In this document: positions 60,453-64,000 of the stretch, in pieces
Numbering within the stretch: position 1 is the stretch's first letter
How the letters are laid out: each line of letters begins with the position of its first letter
From: Candidatus Kapaibacterium sp.
Lineage (GTDB): Bacteria > Bacteroidota > Ignavibacteria > Kapaibacteriales > Kapaibacteriaceae
Direction of reading: 5' to 3'
Length of the DNA stretch: 64,000 nt
Assembly (NCBI GenBank): GCA_044224925.1
Contig: JBGAJM010000002.1
Span: forward strand, 78,332-142,331
Notes under the pieces: model-generated
The model's input: only the letters and a program-made list of their open reading frames with translations
Told to the model about the DNA's origin: nothing
The model's database searches: none
Made by a program: the position numbers and the translations under genes

Positions 60453-61814
60453 TTACCCAAATAATGTTGAGAGGAGGGGCGATATTCTATCCACCGGAAG
60501 ACACGACGACCGCACAGAGATCGAGAGAGCATCTAGACTAGATGTAGGCAAATATACTTGTTTCAGACCTAGCCTCAGCGATTCTTGTACGCGCTGCTCC
60601 GCAAAGGACACATGCCGCACTTCACCCGTAAGCCCCAATTCGCCGATGAAGACGGCGTTCGAGGGGGCAGGAGCGTCCATCACCGAGCTGGCCAAGGCCA
60701 CCGCAACGGCCAGATCGATGGCGGGATCCTGGATCGCGATCCCTCCGGCGATGTTCACGAACACGTCGCTTTGACGTAACTGAACGCCTCCGCGTTTTTC
60801 GAGAATGGCCAGGATCATTTGTAAGCGTTTGGTTTCATATCCGGTGCTCACGCGCTGTGGGACCGAGTATCCGCTGGCACTGACGAGTGCCTGGACCTCG
60901 ACCAAGAGCGGTCTCGTCCCCTCCATCACAGCAACAATGGCCGTGCCCGGTTCACCCGCGCGACGGTGGGAAAGGAGCATTTCCGAAGGGTTGGGAACCT
61001 CATGGAGACCGTTGGCGGCCATATCGAAGACGCCGATCTCGTTCGTACTGCCGTAGCGGTTCTTGAGGGCCCTGAGGACCCGATAGGAGTACATTCCGTC
61101 GCCTTCGAACTGCAGAACCGTGTCCACCATGTGCTCGAGGACCTTCGGTCCGGCGATCATGCCGTCTTTTGTGACGTGACCGATGATGACGACCGGAATG
61201 CCGGAGCTCTTGGCACATCGTGTGAGCAAGGCGGTGCATTCTCGCACTTGACCAACGCTTCCGGGTGAAGAATCGAGCGTGTCCGTGATCATGGTCTGGA
61301 CCGAGTCGATGATGGCCACACTGGGCTTCGTTCGCTCGATGATGGCCACAATGGTCTCGATATTGGTCTCGGAGCAGACATTGATCGAGCTGGCATCGAG
61401 ACCAAGCCGATCTGAGCGGAGTTTGATCTGATGGAGGCTCTCTTCGCCGGTGACATAGAGTGCAGTGCCTTGCTGCCCTGCCGACATCTGCAGCATCAAG
61501 GTGCTCTTCCCCAAACCGGGGTCGCCACCCACAAGGACGATGCTCCCGGGCATCAGCCCACCGCCAAGTACCCTATCAAGCTCGGGGATGCCCGTACCCA
61601 GTCGTGGCGCAATGCTCGTATCCACCTCGTCCAAGGCCAGTACCTGAGCTAGGGAGCGCGCCTCTGAGACCCGCTTGGCGGACGAGCTGCGCGCCTCGCG
61701 ATGCTCGATCTCTTCTACGAGGGTGTTCCAAGACTCGCATTGCGGGCACTTTCCGGCCCATCTCGGTGTTGAGTGGCCACATGCCGTACATCGGTAAACA
61801 CTTCTTGTTTTCAT
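60453..61814 (-). CDS. radA: DNA repair protein RadA
   Basis: N-terminal zinc ribbon CTACGH...CPQC, Walker A GGDPGLGKSTL, the KNRYG (KNRFG-type) motif and a Lon-like C-terminus. Confidence 0.95.
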   Translation of the reverse strand: MKTRSVYRCTACGHSTPRWAGKCPQCESWNTLVEEIEHREARSSSAKRVSEARSLAQVLALDEVDTSIAPRLGTGIPELDRVLGGGLMPGSIVLVGGDPGLGKSTLMLQMSAGQQGTALYVTGEESLHQIKLRSDRLGLDASSINVCSETNIETIVAIIERTKPSVAIIDSVQTMITDTLDSSPGSVGQVRECTALLTRCAKSSGIPVVIIGHVTKDGMIAGPKVLEHMVDTVLQFEGDGMYSYRVLRALKNRYGSTNEIGVFDMAANGLHEVPNPSEMLLSHRRAGEPGTAIVAVMEGTRPLLVEVQALVSASGYSVPQRVSTGYETKRLQMILAILEKRGGVQLRQSDVFVNIAGGIAIQDPAIDLAVAVALASSVMDAPAPSNAVFIGELGLTGEVRHVSFAEQRVQESLRLGLKQVYLPTSSLDALSISVRSSCLPVDRISPLLSTLFG

Positions 61815-61860
61815 AGGATCCGTTCAACACCTTCAAATTAGGGTAAATTCCACGCAGGCC

Positions 61861-62784
61861 ATGAAGAGACCACTCACCCACCATCCCGCGTCGATCGACG
61901 AGTCGATCCGTATCGACACGGCGGTCGCGTACGAGTACTGCCGGCGGCTGACGTTCACGCATGCCAAAACGTTCTACTTCGCCTCACATTTCATTCCGGG
62001 CCGGAAACGGAATGCCTGCTATGCCGTGTATGCGTTCTGTCGGTATGTGGATGATCTCGTAGATGTGGCGATGGAAAGCGGAGATGTGACACCGGCAGAT
62101 GCGCGGCGGATCGTCGGCCAGTGGAACTCCGCCATCCAGAACGTCTACAATGGCCACGCTGCCAACCACCCGATCGTGGTGGCGTGGGAAGACACCCTAC
62201 GTCAGTTCTCCATACCGAGGAACCTCCCGGAGGAGTTGATCGAGGGCGTGCTCATGGATACCACGGTGACGCGGTTTCGGACGTTCGATGAACTGCGGAC
62301 CTACTGCTACAAGGTGGCATCGGTCGTGGGGCTCATGACCTCCGAGATCTTCGGATACACGTCGCCGAGTGCATTGGAGCGTGCGGTCGACCTCGGGATC
62401 GCCATGCAGCTCACCAACATCATCCGTGATGTGCGTGAAGACGCCGTGCTTGGCCGGATCTATCTCCCACAGACCGACCTTGAGCGATTTGGTGTCGATG
62501 AGGCAGACATTCTCGCTCTTCGACAAACGCCTCAGTTGACGGAATTGATCAAGGAACTGGTCCGAACGACAGAGTCCTACTATGAACAAGCCGATCTGGG
62601 CATTCCGCTGTTGGAGAAGGACAGTCGACTGACCGTAACGCTCATGAGCACGAACTATCGAAAGATCTTGGAGGAAGTTCGCCGTCGAGACTTCAACGTG
62701 ATGCAAGGGCGTGTGAGCACGTCGTTGGCCAAGAAGCTGATGAGCATTCCGGCGTCGTGGTACAAGGTACAGCGCGGCAGATAG
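61861..62784 (+). CDS. phytoene/squalene synthase family protein (CrtB/HpnD-like)
   Basis: 307 aa with Asp-rich motifs YAFCRYVDDLVD and NIIRDVREDA. Substrate specificity cannot be assigned by eye. Confidence 0.8.
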   Translation: MKRPLTHHPASIDESIRIDTAVAYEYCRRLTFTHAKTFYFASHFIPGRKRNACYAVYAFCRYVDDLVDVAMESGDVTPADARRIVGQWNSAIQNVYNGHAANHPIVVAWEDTLRQFSIPRNLPEELIEGVLMDTTVTRFRTFDELRTYCYKVASVVGLMTSEIFGYTSPSALERAVDLGIAMQLTNIIRDVREDAVLGRIYLPQTDLERFGVDEADILALRQTPQLTELIKELVRTTESYYEQADLGIPLLEKDSRLTVTLMSTNYRKILEEVRRRDFNVMQGRVSTSLAKKLMSIPASWYKVQRGR

Positions 62785-62808
62785 GGGGTTGGGCGAGCGA
62801 CCCGACCG

Positions 62809-63663
62809 TTAGCGATAGAAGTATCGGATGTTCGTGACGAGGAACTTCCCGTACTCAAAGTCACCGTGGGGCATGTTCCAGATGAAATCGACCTCCGTTG
62901 GGATCATCACGCCCTCGACCTCGCGGTACTCCCTGCACTGCATCGTGAACTGATGCTGTTCGAAGCCACTCTTCAGGTCGCGGAACTTGTCCGTCGTGAC
63001 GATCCGTTCGATCTGACCGATGCTGTTCACATGGACAATGGCTTGAACGGTCGTTCCCTCGTCCGTGATGACGGCGCGGGCACTTGTGGCATCGATCTCT
63101 TCCCACCGGAGTGTGCGCGTGGGCAGGAGTCCCGTTGGCAACCAGACAAGCTCGCAAAGGAAGCGGAACAGCATGGAAGCATCCGTTTCTTCCCCCTCGA
63201 CATCCTGCAAGGAGATCGCACCATATAGTTTGATGTGACCACTGCCACGACCTTCGTGATACGTGAGCTTGGCCGTGCGCCAGAACAATCGATGGTGCTG
63301 TAGAACCGCATCCCAGACGAATCCCGGCTCCATACCGCTGATGTATTCCGTGGCACGTACATCGAACCACGAACTTTCAGGGCTATGGCGGAATTGTGCC
63401 TCTTGTCGGAGTATGGCGTACCGAATGTTCGGTTGGCCCTCTCGCAGCGCGTAATGGAAGTAGCGTTGCACTGGGACCGGCAGGTCTGCAACAAGGGCTT
63501 GACTGAAATTGGGAAGCGTTTGCTTACCGATCGACGCGAGCAAGGCACTTATATGGCGACGTACGAACAGTCGCGAGACCAGTGCGCTCATGCCAATGAG
63601 GACGATCAGCGTCACAACGACAACGCCCAGGATCAAGACCTCTTTCGGGATCGACCAGATCAT
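62809..63663 (-). CDS. conserved hypothetical protein with N-terminal membrane anchor
   Basis: 284 aa from the ATG at 63663, which overlaps the upstream TGA as ATGA. The motif LPVPVQRYFHYAL...GQP recalls a DUF family (possibly DUF6544-like; from memory and unverified). Confidence 0.55.
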   Translation of the reverse strand: MIWSIPKEVLILGVVVVTLIVLIGMSALVSRLFVRRHISALLASIGKQTLPNFSQALVADLPVPVQRYFHYALREGQPNIRYAILRQEAQFRHSPESSWFDVRATEYISGMEPGFVWDAVLQHHRLFWRTAKLTYHEGRGSGHIKLYGAISLQDVEGEETDASMLFRFLCELVWLPTGLLPTRTLRWEEIDATSARAVITDEGTTVQAIVHVNSIGQIERIVTTDKFRDLKSGFEQHQFTMQCREYREVEGVMIPTEVDFIWNMPHGDFEYGKFLVTNIRYFYR

Positions 63664-63992
63664 CGTGTACCTCCGGTGGTCCATCGTTGAAGACGTTGGG
63701 ACGCGAGTTGGAACACCGTCGTCCCGGCAATGAACATGTACACAAAGGGAAGGATCTTGAAGAGTCCACGACGAAGCGTCTGATCGACGACGGCTGACGC
63801 GAAGATCGTTCCGACCACCAGCAGCACGATGAACGTCACAAGGATCCACATCGCCGGCAGGACGATGTTCCAGGAAGCCTTTTTCCAAACGGTAACGGCA
63901 ATGTCAATGGCCACAATGGCAACGAACCCGTAGAAGGTCATCCCCCAGTAGCCCACATCGGAGAGGACGTTCGCGAACATGAGACCGGTCAC
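63660..63992 (-). CDS. small hypothetical membrane protein (N-terminus uncertain, may extend past the window)
   Basis: About 110 aa with 3-4 hydrophobic helices. It is translationally coupled to the downstream ORF. The frame stays open to the window edge. Confidence 0.4.
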   Translation of the reverse strand: MTGLMFANVLSDVGYWGMTFYGFVAIVAIDIAVTVWKKASWNIVLPAMWILVTFIVLLVVGTIFASAVVDQTLRRGLFKILPFVYMFIAGTTVFQLASQRLQRWTTGGTR

Positions 63993-64000
63993 GGAAAGGA

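Overview
This 64-kb window comes from a compact genome of roughly 55-60% GC by eye. I infer an FCB-group origin (Bacteroidota / Ignavibacteriota / Chlorobiota-like). The basis is five ORFs ending in T9SS-type C-terminal sorting domains, a DUF4286-like ORF, a b558-type SdhC-like ORF, a TonB-dependent receptor and weak Shine-Dalgarno usage. About 1-27 kb is mostly housekeeping: pstB-phoU, rfbA, nhaA, thrS, an argD-like gene, two cyclophilins, uppP, polA, a terC-family gene and dnaK. These genes sit in very tight operons, with many ATGA/GTGA start-stop overlaps. About 27-57 kb is a cell-surface/accessory region. It holds a translationally chained membrane protein / AAA_16-TPR STAND ATPase / secreted Asp-box propeller operon and a histidine kinase-response regulator pair. 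It also holds a 1169-aa Ig-repeat T9SS cargo protein, a TonB-dependent receptor, a paaBCD-only cluster and two more T9SS cargo proteins. The largest feature is an 11.3-kb ORF (3780 aa) built from dozens of Ig/PKD-like modules. That ORF contains an exact 528-bp two-domain super-repeat. About 57-64 kb returns to housekeeping: obg, an ECF sigma/anti-sigma pair, radA and a phytoene-synthase-family gene. I found no rRNA, tRNA, CRISPR array, transposase or integrase. All protein family calls are by-eye motif recognition from the supplied translations. No database search was run.
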